Assembly: GCA_963714015.1 (NCBI GenBank)
Contig: OY970223.1
Span: forward strand, 1,728,001-1,792,000
Origin: Vulcanimicrobiota bacterium
GTDB lineage: Bacteria > Vulcanimicrobiota > Vulcanimicrobiia > Vulcanimicrobiales > Vulcanimicrobiaceae
Direction: 5' to 3'
Length of the DNA: 64,000 nt
Shown here: positions 35,857 through 45,506 of the stretch, one piece after another
How positions within the stretch are numbered: the first letter of the stretch is position 1
Layout: the number at the start of each line of letters is the position of its first letter
The notes under the pieces: model-generated
What the model was told of the DNA's origin: nothing
What the model saw: only the letters and a program-made list of their open reading frames with translations
Database searches by the model: none
Translations under genes and position numbers: made by a program

Positions 35857-37381
35857 CAGAATTGCCGGGGGTGTCCTGAAGGCGCAGCGCGGTCACGCCG
35901 GCGGCGGCGCAGAGCAGCGCACCTAAGAGCATCGCAGCCCGAAAGCCCCGATCGAACGACTCGTCCACAAGCGCCTGAAGTTTTGCCCGGTCCGCCTTCG
36001 GCGCGTCGGGCGGTATGCGGCCGGCTACCAGAACCGCGCGCTGATGCGCAGCCATCTTTTGCGTTCCGGGCGCGAGCTGTGAAGCGTTTTGGTTGAAGTG
36101 CGTGTTGAATGCCCAAGCCAGGACGATCCCGAACAGCGCTATCGCGACCAGACCGGCGGTGCGCGAGACGGCGTTGTTGATGCCGGACGCGACGCCCGCA
36201 TGGTCGGTCGGGACGGCGTTCATCACAGTCGTGGTCAAAGGTGCAACGAACGTGACGACCCCGAGTCCCAGAATCACGACGGCGGGGAAAACCGTGCTCC
36301 AGTACGATCCGCCCGTGCCGATGCGGGCATACGCCAGGAATGCGATCGCCGTAACGAATGCGCCGGCCACGAGCGGAGGGCGCGGCCCGGTTCGTGCGAC
36401 CAGACCGCCCATGAAACGAGAAAGCGAGAAGCTGATCAGCACCATCGGCAGAAGTGCGGCTCCCGCCTCGAGCGGCGTGTAATGATGCACGTTGATCAGG
36501 AAGAACGGCACGAAGTATAGACTTCCGCCGAGCGCGGCGTAAAGCAGCAGCGTGTAGACGTTCGCGACCGTGAACTTCCGCGAGCGGAAAACACGCAGGG
36601 GCATGATCGGTTCCGCTGCGCGTTTTTCGGCAAATACGAACCAAACGAGGATCGCCGCGCCGGCAACTGCGCAGATTGACGGAACGATCGAAATGCGGCT
36701 CTGCATCTCGATGAATCCGTACACGATTCCGCCCAGTCCGGCGACTGCGAGCAGCGAACCGGTGAGATCGAGCGGACCGGTCGCCTCGGGGTCGCGCGTT
36801 TCCTGAATCTTCAGCCAAGCGACGGCAAAGACGAATGCCGCAAGCGGAACGTTGATGAAGAACACGTAACGCCACGACAGCGCCTGGGCAAACCATCCTC
36901 CGAGCAGCGGCCCTATTGCGGTGGTAATGAACGAAAATGCCGACCACGTGCCGATGGCTCGGCCGCGCGCTTCCCCTTTGTACGCAGCGCTGATCAACGC
37001 TAAACTTCCCGGCACGAGAAATGCGGCGCCCAGACCCTGCACGCAGCGAAACACGATGAGCAGCGCAATGCTCGGAGCGAATCCGCACGCGACTGAGGCC
37101 GCGGTGAACAGCACCACACCGCCGATGAACACCGAACGCCGTCCGATCTTATCGCCGAGCGCGCCGCCAAGCAGAATGAACGCCGACAGAAAAAGCGCGT
37201 AGCCTTCGACGATCCATTGCATTTGGGCCGAAGTGGCATTCAAGGTTCGTTGAATGATCGGAAGCGCGACGTTGACTGCCGTTCCATCGATCATCGCCAT
37301 GCTCGACGCAGCAATCGCCGCGACGAGCGTCCATACGGGCTTTTCAGCAGGGGTTGCCCGCTGCACGGTTGCAGACGCCAC
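35822..37381 (-). CDS. MFS drug:H+ antiporter (DHA2, EmrB/QacA type)
   Basis: IDGTAVNVALP, GGALGDKIGRR, RCVQGLGAA, GPLLGG..SWRYVFFINVP, GVASGINNAVSR. Start GTG 37381 is inferred. Confidence 0.93.
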   Translation of the reverse strand: MASATVQRATPAEKPVWTLVAAIAASSMAMIDGTAVNVALPIIQRTLNATSAQMQWIVEGYALFLSAFILLGGALGDKIGRRSVFIGGVVLFTAASVACGFAPSIALLIVFRCVQGLGAAFLVPGSLALISAAYKGEARGRAIGTWSAFSFITTAIGPLLGGWFAQALSWRYVFFINVPLAAFVFAVAWLKIQETRDPEATGPLDLTGSLLAVAGLGGIVYGFIEMQSRISIVPSICAVAGAAILVWFVFAEKRAAEPIMPLRVFRSRKFTVANVYTLLLYAALGGSLYFVPFFLINVHHYTPLEAGAALLPMVLISFSLSRFMGGLVARTGPRPPLVAGAFVTAIAFLAYARIGTGGSYWSTVFPAVVILGLGVVTFVAPLTTTVMNAVPTDHAGVASGINNAVSRTAGLVAIALFGIVLAWAFNTHFNQNASQLAPGTQKMAAHQRAVLVAGRIPPDAPKADRAKLQALVDESFDRGFRAAMLLGALLCAAAGVTALRLQDTPGNSANGRKISPESS

Positions 37382-37470
37382 GGGACGTTCATAATGCCAC
37401 ACACGGCCGGTTCGGGCAAGGGTAACGCCGGTGCAGGTTTTGGCCGCTTCCCCGGCGCTCTTATAGCGCC

Positions 37471-38961
37471 ATGGAAGCAAAGCGGCCGCGACTTCTCAAT
37501 GACTACGTCATCTGCGGGGGGTTGACTGCAGCCTCGTTCGTTCTGCTCTTCATCAATTATTGGTTCCCGCCGGGCAAGATTTTCGACGAGGTCTATTTTC
37601 CGCGCGCGGCCGAGGAATATCTCACGCGTCAATATATCTACGAGAACACGCATCCGCCGGTCACGAAACTCCTGATCACGCTCTCCGTGATGCTGTTCGG
37701 CGGAATGCACGGCGGGGACACGTCATGGGGCTGGCGATTCCTGGACGTCGTATTCGGCGCCCTCGCCGTGGGTTTGCTCTACGTTCTCGCGCGCGCGATT
37801 ACCGGATCGCGGCTGTTCGGCGCGTACGCCGCCGGACTCTTCGCGCTCGACGGCATGCACTTCGTTCAGTCGCGGATCTCCACGCCGGAAAGCTTCGTCG
37901 TCTGCTTTTCACTGGCCACCGTTTACGCGCTTTACCGGCTGTGGATGGCGGCGCTGGAAGAACCGGCACCCCCGTCCATTAGTATCGCAAAACGAAGTAC
38001 AGCGGCGGCCGCGTGTGCAGCCGTCGCCGCTGCGGCGGTGTTCCTTCGTTTTCCACATGAAATAATCGCCGCGCAAGCAGTCGCCGGCATCACGATTCTG
38101 GCCGGTCTTTACGCCGCGTACCGAATCTACGCGGAGCCCGCAATTCTGCGAACGGCTTCGTTCCGCTGGCTGATCGCCTGGTCCGTAGCGATTGCTCTTC
38201 TCGTGAGCAGCAAATGGTACGGCGTGATGGCGTTCGGCGTGGCGCTTGTCGTAATCGGGTGGGAACGGCGCCGTTTTCGGGTCGATTTGGTCGCAAGCAC
38301 GGTCGTGTTCATAACGGCGGTAATCTATCTGGCCTCGTATACGCCGCAGTTCATCGGTTTGAGGGACCTTCCGAACGAGGCGCCGCGCGCTTATACCCTT
38401 AGCGACGTCGTCACGATGCAATACAACGCGTACGAATATCACAGCCACTTGACTGCAACGCATCCGTACGCCTCGAAGTGGTGGCAGTGGCCGCTGGATC
38501 TGCGGCCGATTCTGTACTATGCGGACTACGGAACCAGCGGAAAGACCTCGACGGCGGCGCTGATCTACACGCTGCCCAATCCAATCATTTTGTGGTTCGG
38601 TCTGCTGACGGTGCCGCTAGCCGCCTATTGGGGCGTTCGCGAAAAGAACAAGCCGTATCTGCTGATCGCGATCACCTATTTGGCGCAGTGGCTGCCGTGG
38701 ATGGGATCGCCTCGGATCGCGTTTGCGTATCATTTTTACGTCGATATTCCGCTGATCTGCTTGTGTACCGCGATATGCTTTCAACGCGCGATAGCGTGGA
38801 CGCGCGCTAAGCCGCAGTACGAACGGCTTGCCGAAGGCGTATCGGCGGCGTACTTTGCGGCTACTGCGCTGGCCTTTGCGTACTTCTATCCGATTCTTGC
38901 GGGCGTCACGATCTCGACCGCTGCATGGATGCAGCGAATGTGGCTCAAATCCTGGATATAA
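37471..38961 (+). CDS. GT39/PMT-type protein O-mannosyltransferase-like glycosyltransferase
   Basis: IFDEVYF (catalytic DE), THPPVTK, WGWRF, DGMHFVQSR, SKWYG, HPYASKWWQWP, NPIILW, RIAFAYHF. Confidence 0.88.
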   Translation: MEAKRPRLLNDYVICGGLTAASFVLLFINYWFPPGKIFDEVYFPRAAEEYLTRQYIYENTHPPVTKLLITLSVMLFGGMHGGDTSWGWRFLDVVFGALAVGLLYVLARAITGSRLFGAYAAGLFALDGMHFVQSRISTPESFVVCFSLATVYALYRLWMAALEEPAPPSISIAKRSTAAAACAAVAAAAVFLRFPHEIIAAQAVAGITILAGLYAAYRIYAEPAILRTASFRWLIAWSVAIALLVSSKWYGVMAFGVALVVIGWERRRFRVDLVASTVVFITAVIYLASYTPQFIGLRDLPNEAPRAYTLSDVVTMQYNAYEYHSHLTATHPYASKWWQWPLDLRPILYYADYGTSGKTSTAALIYTLPNPIILWFGLLTVPLAAYWGVREKNKPYLLIAITYLAQWLPWMGSPRIAFAYHFYVDIPLICLCTAICFQRAIAWTRAKPQYERLAEGVSAAYFAATALAFAYFYPILAGVTISTAAWMQRMWLKSWI

Positions 38962-38970
38962 GGAACCCTC

Positions 38971-39552
38971 ATGGCCAAGTTGTACTTTCGTTATTCTGCA
39001 ATGAACGCCGGAAAATCGACGGCGTTGCTGCAAGTCGCGCACAACTACGAAGAACATGGGCGGAAGGTCCGCATATTCACCGCGGCAATCGATCACCGGC
39101 ATGGCGTCGGCTTCATCACTTCCCGGTTGGGCCCTCGCCGCAGCGTCGAAACCTTCGATGCGCAGACCGATTTCGTGGCGGTTTTGGGACGCGACCGTTC
39201 GACGTCCTGCGTCCTACTCGATGAAGCGCAGTTTCTTTTACCCGAGCAGGTGCGCGGATTGCATCAGGTCGCGCACGTTCTGGACATTCCGGTCATCTGC
39301 TATGGAATCCGCAGCGATTTTCGGGGCGAACCGTTTCCAGGTTCGGCCTATTTATTGACGCTCGCCGACAGCCTGGAAGAAATCAAGAACATCTGCGCGT
39401 GCGGACGCAAAGCGACGATGAACCCACGAATCGACGAACGCGGTAATGTCGTATTGAGCGGCGAGCAGATCGCCATCGAAGGAGAAGTGCGTTACCAGCC
39501 GATGTGCGCGAAGTGCTTTTACGCGGCGCGCTCGATAGCGCCCGGTCCGTAG
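38971..39552 (+). CDS. tdk: Thymidine kinase
   Basis: MAKLYFRYSAMNAGKST, LDEAQFL, CYGIRSDF, ICACGRKA, C-terminal CxxC. Confidence 0.97.
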   Translation: MAKLYFRYSAMNAGKSTALLQVAHNYEEHGRKVRIFTAAIDHRHGVGFITSRLGPRRSVETFDAQTDFVAVLGRDRSTSCVLLDEAQFLLPEQVRGLHQVAHVLDIPVICYGIRSDFRGEPFPGSAYLLTLADSLEEIKNICACGRKATMNPRIDERGNVVLSGEQIAIEGEVRYQPMCAKCFYAARSIAPGP

Positions 39553-40729
39553 ATCGTTCCGGGCACGCGTCCGGCACCGGTGATGTGCAGCACGACCTGC
39601 GCGCACCGTGAAATCGCTTCCGAATCAAGTGCCGACATCAGGCCCGCGAGAGCAACTGCGGACGCGGGTTCCAGCGAGATGCCTTCGAGCGACCGAAAAA
39701 GATCGCCGGCGCGTCCCGCTTCTTTATTGTCGGCGACGCGCACGTCGCCGCCCGATTCATAGAGCGCATCGTACAGTCCGCCGGTTATCGCATAGGGCGG
39801 CGCCTGCGTGCTGAGCACCGGGGCCGATAGCGAACGAATGCGCATGGCCCGTTCGTCCTCGGCATACGCAATCAGTTCCCGGCTGCCCCGCGACCACGAT
39901 TCATAAACGGGGGCAGATGGTGCGTTCTGCACCAAAACCAGTTTGGGCAGTTCCGAGCCGAAGCGCCCGTCCGCTCGCACTCGCAGCGCCGCCTCGTGAG
40001 CGGCGATTGCGCCGCCGCCGCTGCCGATCGCCTGAACGAAATATTGGGGAATGGCGCCCAATCGTTCAACCGCGGCAAGCATCGTAGTGCCGATTCCGTC
40101 GCGGCGCGCGACGTTCGTGGCGCCTCCCTCGTAGACGTACCGATCGTCCGAAGCGGCGAGTGCCTTGGCGTATGCGATTGCATCGTCGTACGAAGCTTCC
40201 CCGGCACGGCGATGATTCGCACGCAAGTCGAAAGCGGCGCCCGAAAGCGCAGTTTCGCCAAAGCCTTCTCCGGAATGACGACGATAGCCGGAACGTTATA
40301 TGCGCTTGCTCCCGCGGCTAGGGCCGCGGCGGTATTGCCGGCTGAAGCGCTGACGAGCACTCGCCCCGGCGAACGAAAGCGCGCGAGAACGGAAGCAGTC
40401 TCCAGATCTTTGAACGTCCCGGTCGGCATGAGCGCTCCGCGCGCCGGCCAGAAGCCGTTAAACGCCAGCCAGAGATCGGGTGTCCCGAGCGCTTCGTTCA
40501 AAGCGCTGCTTTGAAATATGGCCGTTGCAGGGCACGCATTAGTCAGCGGGGAGCGCAGAGGAAGCCAGCGATGGTACCGCATCATGCCCGGTTGCGCGTG
40601 GTCCGGCGAGAACTGCCGCACGGGATAGACCGTGCGGAGCAAGGCGGGAGGGTGTTCGACCTCGCAGCGCACCATCAGGCCGTCGTCTGCGTATTGCGCG
40701 CCGCAGCCCAGACATTGAAGGCGGTACAT
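39519..40729 (-). CDS. Cysteate synthase-like PLP enzyme (threonine synthase fold), frameshifted at about 40201
   Basis: YRLQCLGCG..LLRTVY, RYHRWLP, FNGFWPARGALMPTGTFKDLE, SASAGNT; second half GGATNVARRDGIGT, QAIGSGGG, LHITG. One extra G in the ccGGGGaa run joins ORFs 39872..40729 and 39519..40226. Confidence 0.8.
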
Positions 40730-40860
40730 CTCTATTTGCGTTCGGCCGGAATGCGGGTCGAGTTAACCAGGAACCGGGAATGTAAAAGTCCGGCAAAACG
40801 GACCGGCCCTGGTTAGCCGATGCCTGTTTCACGGTATGGGGTAAGCGAGGTGGTCGGGAA

Positions 40861-41331
40861 ATGGGCAATTCCATTCAGCAAGTGCGCGCCTACGTCGCGC
40901 AGGCTCTGCAGACGACGCGCACCATGCTCGTTCCGCTGGTTGCGCATCTGCGGGTCTCGGGCGCCGACCATGGATCGCAGGCGCGATGGGTCTTGGAACG
41001 TCTGCTCCGGACCCTCAACGCCCATGTCGACGAAATGACGGAACACCTGCGCCGACTGGGCGAGTCCGAGTCAGCCTCGCTTCGGCCGCAGCCCAATTCT
41101 CGGCGCGAGCCGGCATCGACGATCACCGTGCTGCGCGAGGCGTATGCCGAGCTTAGTTTGGCGCACGCCGAATCGCTGATGCTCGAGACCAACGCGCGCG
41201 CATTAGGGTTTTCCTCCACGGCCGCGCTCGCGGGAAGGCATCGCGAAGAGCTCTCGACGATGCTGGCGCGAGTTCGCGAAGTGCTGCCCAGCGCCGTGAA
41301 GGGCGAGATCGAAAAAGAACCGATCTCTTGA
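40861..41331 (+). CDS. Hypothetical all-helical protein (possibly ferritin-like)
   Basis: Amphipathic helices (HVDEMTEHLRRLG; LREAYAELSLAH..ARALG); overlaps the start of the next gene. Confidence 0.65.
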   Translation: MGNSIQQVRAYVAQALQTTRTMLVPLVAHLRVSGADHGSQARWVLERLLRTLNAHVDEMTEHLRRLGESESASLRPQPNSRREPASTITVLREAYAELSLAHAESLMLETNARALGFSSTAALAGRHREELSTMLARVREVLPSAVKGEIEKEPIS

Positions 41332-42068
41332 TCCGGATCGGCACGAGCGGCTGGGTGTACGCGGGGTGGCGGGGCCGCTTTTATCCCAAAGGTCTCCCAC
41401 AGCGAAAATGGCTGGAATACTACGCCGGGATCTTTGACACCGTCGAGCTCAACGCGACGACCTACCGCCTTCCAAAAGAATCGCAAGTGAGAACGTGGTG
41501 TGAAACGGTGCCGCCGCAATTCGTCTATACCGTCAAACTCAGCCGCCTCATCACTCACCGGAAAGCGCTCGCGCCGCGCGTCGACGAGTTTATCGAGAAT
41601 TACATGCAGCGGGCCGCCTGTTTCGAAGCGGATAAGGTCGCGCAGATCCTCGTGCAATTTCCACCGTACTTGCAGCGCGACGACGATCATTTGCGCGCCT
41701 TCTTGCACAAGCTCCCGCAACGTCACCGGTATGTGGTCGAATTCCGTCATCCTTCGTGGTTCGTTCCGGCGGTCGAAGCGCTGCTGCGCGAGCGCGGAAT
41801 GGCGTTTTGCATTCACGACTATCCCGGAATCCGCACGCGTGACGTCGTAACCACTCCGGATCTTGCGTACTTGCGTCTCCACGGCTACGAGGGGCTGTAT
41901 GTGGGATCGTATCCTCCGCGCTCGCTGCAGCATTGGGCCCGACGCATTCGCTCGCTAGCAGAGCAGGCGAGGGACGTCTTCGTTTATTTCAACAACGATA
42001 CCGCGGCTGCGGCGCCTCATGACGCGCGGTATTTGAGAAATGTCATGCAAGAAGTGTTTCGGCAGTGA
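41328..42068 (+). CDS. DUF72 (YecE) family protein
   Basis: IRIGTSGWVY..W..FYP, TVELNATTY, LVQFPP, VEFRHPSW, YLRLHG, YFNND. Confidence 0.93.
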   Translation: MIRIGTSGWVYAGWRGRFYPKGLPQRKWLEYYAGIFDTVELNATTYRLPKESQVRTWCETVPPQFVYTVKLSRLITHRKALAPRVDEFIENYMQRAACFEADKVAQILVQFPPYLQRDDDHLRAFLHKLPQRHRYVVEFRHPSWFVPAVEALLRERGMAFCIHDYPGIRTRDVVTTPDLAYLRLHGYEGLYVGSYPPRSLQHWARRIRSLAEQARDVFVYFNNDTAAAAPHDARYLRNVMQEVFRQ

Positions 42069-42110
42069 CAATACTGATTAGTATTTATATCCTCGGGAAC
42101 CTGAGTCCCA

Positions 42111-42524
42111 ATGGCCCTGGCAAGACACCCCTGGTATTTCGAGACCGACACAGCACGGGATGCGCTTGCCGGGCGACCGCTGCTGGAACGCTATCTTTCG
42201 GACCACTGTGAAAAGGGCGGCGATTTCTTTGCCGCATCGATCGTCTACGGCGAGCTGATCTCAAACGTCGTCAAGCATGCGCCATCGGGCGGCGTTCGCA
42301 TTTGGCTCGAACGCGTCGGCGGCCGCTATGCGCTCTGTATGAACGATCCCGGCAAAGGATTCAACGAACGCGATCTGCATCGCGAGCTCGACGTACGGGC
42401 GGAGTCGGGCCGGGGCCTGTTCATCGTCAAGCAGGTTTGCGAACGGCTCACGTTCCGAAGATCGGGCAGCAAGGGCTTTACCGTGCGCGCAGTGCTCCCG
42501 CTGTGGTGCCGCGGAAATCCATAG
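42111..42524 (+). CDS. Anti-sigma factor-like ATP-binding protein (HATPase_c_2/RsbW-like)
   Basis: ELISNVVKHA, DPGKGF, ESGRGLFIV. Confidence 0.88.
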   Translation: MALARHPWYFETDTARDALAGRPLLERYLSDHCEKGGDFFAASIVYGELISNVVKHAPSGGVRIWLERVGGRYALCMNDPGKGFNERDLHRELDVRAESGRGLFIVKQVCERLTFRRSGSKGFTVRAVLPLWCRGNP

Positions 42525-42530
42525 CAGCTT

Positions 42531-43076
42531 TTGGACAGAGACGAGCCGTACCCCGACCACCTGCGCGAGGCGACCCAAACGATTGAAGAGCTCCGGCGCC
42601 AACGGCGTGAGGAGCTCCCGCGATCGGAAGTGTTCGTCGCGCGTTTTATGCGCGCGGTGGGAAGGCCAAGGACGATCGTGGCCTTCTCGGCGCTTATCCT
42701 TTGCTGGGTGGCTTCGAATCTGGTTCTCGCCCAGACTCACCATAATTTGGACGATCGTTCGTTCAGCCTGCTCAACCTCTTCGCACAGCTCTGCAGCCTC
42801 ATGTTTGCAATCAGCATCTTGAGCTCCCAAAACACGCTGGGACGGATGGATGAAGAACGCACGCGGCTGACTCTCCAGCTCATGCTGATCCTCGATCGCA
42901 AGGTCACAAAACTGCTTAACGACATCGAAGACCTCCGGCGCGTGCAGCCCGAGATCCAAACCAGCGACGAGCCTCACGAGCTGCTCGAGACGACCGACTT
43001 GCACAAAGCGGCGCAGGCGCTCCGCGAAGCCGATGAGAGAGCGCCGCAGCCGGCCGATCGCGAAAGGGCGGACTAA
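42531..43076 (+). CDS. DUF1003 family membrane protein
   Basis: Two TM helices, D..FSLLNL, ILSSQN, LQLMLILDRKVTK. Confidence 0.78.
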   Translation: MDRDEPYPDHLREATQTIEELRRQRREELPRSEVFVARFMRAVGRPRTIVAFSALILCWVASNLVLAQTHHNLDDRSFSLLNLFAQLCSLMFAISILSSQNTLGRMDEERTRLTLQLMLILDRKVTKLLNDIEDLRRVQPEIQTSDEPHELLETTDLHKAAQALREADERAPQPADRERAD

Positions 43077-43104
43077 TCCCCGTCAGCACCGAAGCATCGG
43101 GTCC

Positions 43105-43626
43105 GTGAGATTATCGCGGGCCCTTTCTTTAATTGTACTGTTGGCCGCAATCGCCGCGGTTTGGTGGTATTTCACCGCGCATCGAAACAGCCCGGTCGGC
43201 GATCACATCACTGTCTATTACACAAAGGCCGACGGCAGCACCGAGGTCCCGTGGAGCGTTTCGATGCGCCCGGAGCAGCCGGGGGAAAGCGCGGCCGAAC
43301 ATCTGCAAAATGCGGTTCTCTATGCGGCTACGCAAGCCGTTGCGGGCCCGCCGAGCAATGTCGCTGCGATCCGGTTTCCGGCCGGAACGCATGTGCTGTC
43401 CGCCGGCGTTAAGTCTTCGACGGCTACGGTCGATTTATCGAGGAGCGTCGTCAGTCCGCAGGCCGGCGTACTGGGCGAAAGCGGGGAGTTCAAAGCGCTC
43501 GTTTGGACGCTCACAGCGCTTCCCGGAATCGATCGCGTCGCCGTGACCATTCAGGGTCAGAACCTGCAAACTTTGCCGGGGGGGCATCTTGAGTCTGATG
43601 AACCGTTACGCCGCTCTGATTGGTAG
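43105..43626 (+). CDS. GerMN domain protein
   Basis: N-terminal TM helix, GP..FPAGTHVL..ATVDLS, ALVWTLTALPGIDRV..GGH. Confidence 0.85.
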   Translation: MRLSRALSLIVLLAAIAAVWWYFTAHRNSPVGDHITVYYTKADGSTEVPWSVSMRPEQPGESAAEHLQNAVLYAATQAVAGPPSNVAAIRFPAGTHVLSAGVKSSTATVDLSRSVVSPQAGVLGESGEFKALVWTLTALPGIDRVAVTIQGQNLQTLPGGHLESDEPLRRSDW

Positions 43627-45493
43627 CACATGTGCATTGGCGCTGACAGCCCTCGCCGCTCCGGTTTTTGCGGCCGATCGAGAAGTCTTCGTCTTTCAAG
43701 GTAAGCACGTCGCGCTAACGCAGATCGTCGAGCGTTCGGGAGACCAGGCAGTCTGGATCGGCGATCCTGGTTTGCAGACGCTCTTCAACGACGTGGGAGC
43801 GACGGTGACATATCAGCAGGGCGGGCGCTACGTGCTGATCACCACCGGGGAGCCCCTCGTAATCAGCTTCGCGATCGGCGATACGCGTTATGACGTAGGT
43901 CCGGTTACGGAAAACGCCGCCTTCGCGCCGTTCACGTCCGGCGGCCGCGCGTACGTTCCGCTGAGTGAATTGCTTCAGGGTCTCGATCTCGCCGTAAAAG
44001 CTTCAAGCGAGGGCGACGTTCTTCAACCGCAGCTGACCTCTTTGGATCTGCAGAGTGACGCCGGCGGCACGAAACTCGTTGCGCACGGCGGCATTCCCCT
44101 CGACGCGCGTATCGTTTCGCAGTCCGCCGATCGAATGGTCGTTGCGTTCGACGGCGTCGGCAGCACGCTGCCGCCTTCGCGCGCGCTGGACGGGGGCGCC
44201 GTGAGGCGTATCGACGTGCGGACTCAAGGCACCCCCGAGAACCCGCAGACAATCGTTACGCTCGCGCTTGCGCCCGGAACGCCGCGTTCTTCGCTCGGAA
44301 CGGACGATCAGCGCGACGTGACGATCGGCTTCGACGGTTCCGAGCCGTCACAGGCGATCGCCCAAAACAACCCCGCACCCAATGCCGAGCCGACCGACAA
44401 CGGCCAGGCGACGCAAGCGCAAACGCCGGCGCCGCCGGAGCAGCTCCCGCCCTCGCCTGCGCAACTCGCGCAAGTTACGGGCCTGCAGACGCAGCAGCAA
44501 AACGGTAACGTGGTCGTTCGCGTCGCGGTCGACGGTGCGGCCGGTTATGACTGGCATCGCTTGCGTCCGCCGGACAACCGTTGGTGGATCGACATCCACG
44601 GCGCCCGTCTGACGGCGCCGAGCGATGCGCCCGTAAATGGTGCCGTCACCGACGTTCGATCGCATCAAGAGAACGCGGACACTGTGCGGGTTGCGCTCTC
44701 ACTGGCCGATTATGACGTCGTGACGGTGGCACCGGACAATTCCGGCGTCACGATCACCGTGAGCAATCGAGCGGCCGACGTCGCATCCGAACCACGATCC
44801 GGATCGGGAAGCATCGGAGAAAACGCGGTCGCGCAAGTGCAACCCGTCGCTTCGTCAGGCTGGAAGTTCGCACCACGTGGTCCGCAGTCAACGTACGTCG
44901 CGCCAAACCCGCGGCTCATCGTCATCGATCCGGGTCACGGCGGCAGCGACTTCGGCGCGATCCGCGGAGACATGAACGAGAAGACGCTCAATCTGGACAT
45001 GTCCAAACGCCTGCGGGATATTCTGGTAGCGCGCGGTTGGCAGGTCGTCATGACGCGTGACGACGACCGGGACGTCTATGCCGCGAACGATACCGCCCAA
45101 CAGGAACTTCAAGCCCGCGACGACATCGCGAATGCTCAAGGAGCTCGTCTGCTGGTGAGTCTGCATTCGAACAGCTTCATCAACGATGGTCCCCACGGCA
45201 CGACCGTCTATTACTATAAGGGGGACGACTACACTCTGGCTCAAGATCTGGATCGCCGGATCGCTTCCGAACTGGGCATCTACAACGACGGCGTGATCAA
45301 GGACAAATTCTACATCATCAATCACGCGAACATGCCGGCCGCTCTAGTCGAGTCCGCATTCCTTTCGAACCCGGACGATCGTGCACTGCTCGCATCGCCC
45401 GCTTGGCGCCAGAAGATCGCGCAAGCAATTGCGGACGGCATTGAAGATTATGCCGGACCGGCCCCGCCCGCGTCCTCCGTCAGCGATAGATAG
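43598..45493 (+). CDS. N-acetylmuramoyl-L-alanine amidase (Amidase_3) with AMIN-like and copper-amine-oxidase-N-like domains
   Basis: Signal peptide; APF..GRAYVPL; IVIDPGHGG, EKTLNL, MTRDDD, SLHSNS, MPAALVESAFLSN. Confidence 0.92.
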   Translation: MNRYAALIGSTCALALTALAAPVFAADREVFVFQGKHVALTQIVERSGDQAVWIGDPGLQTLFNDVGATVTYQQGGRYVLITTGEPLVISFAIGDTRYDVGPVTENAAFAPFTSGGRAYVPLSELLQGLDLAVKASSEGDVLQPQLTSLDLQSDAGGTKLVAHGGIPLDARIVSQSADRMVVAFDGVGSTLPPSRALDGGAVRRIDVRTQGTPENPQTIVTLALAPGTPRSSLGTDDQRDVTIGFDGSEPSQAIAQNNPAPNAEPTDNGQATQAQTPAPPEQLPPSPAQLAQVTGLQTQQQNGNVVVRVAVDGAAGYDWHRLRPPDNRWWIDIHGARLTAPSDAPVNGAVTDVRSHQENADTVRVALSLADYDVVTVAPDNSGVTITVSNRAADVASEPRSGSGSIGENAVAQVQPVASSGWKFAPRGPQSTYVAPNPRLIVIDPGHGGSDFGAIRGDMNEKTLNLDMSKRLRDILVARGWQVVMTRDDDRDVYAANDTAQQELQARDDIANAQGARLLVSLHSNSFINDGPHGTTVYYYKGDDYTLAQDLDRRIASELGIYNDGVIKDKFYIINHANMPAALVESAFLSNPDDRALLASPAWRQKIAQAIADGIEDYAGPAPPASSVSDR

Positions 45494-45506
45494 TGACGTC
45501 GCGCTA

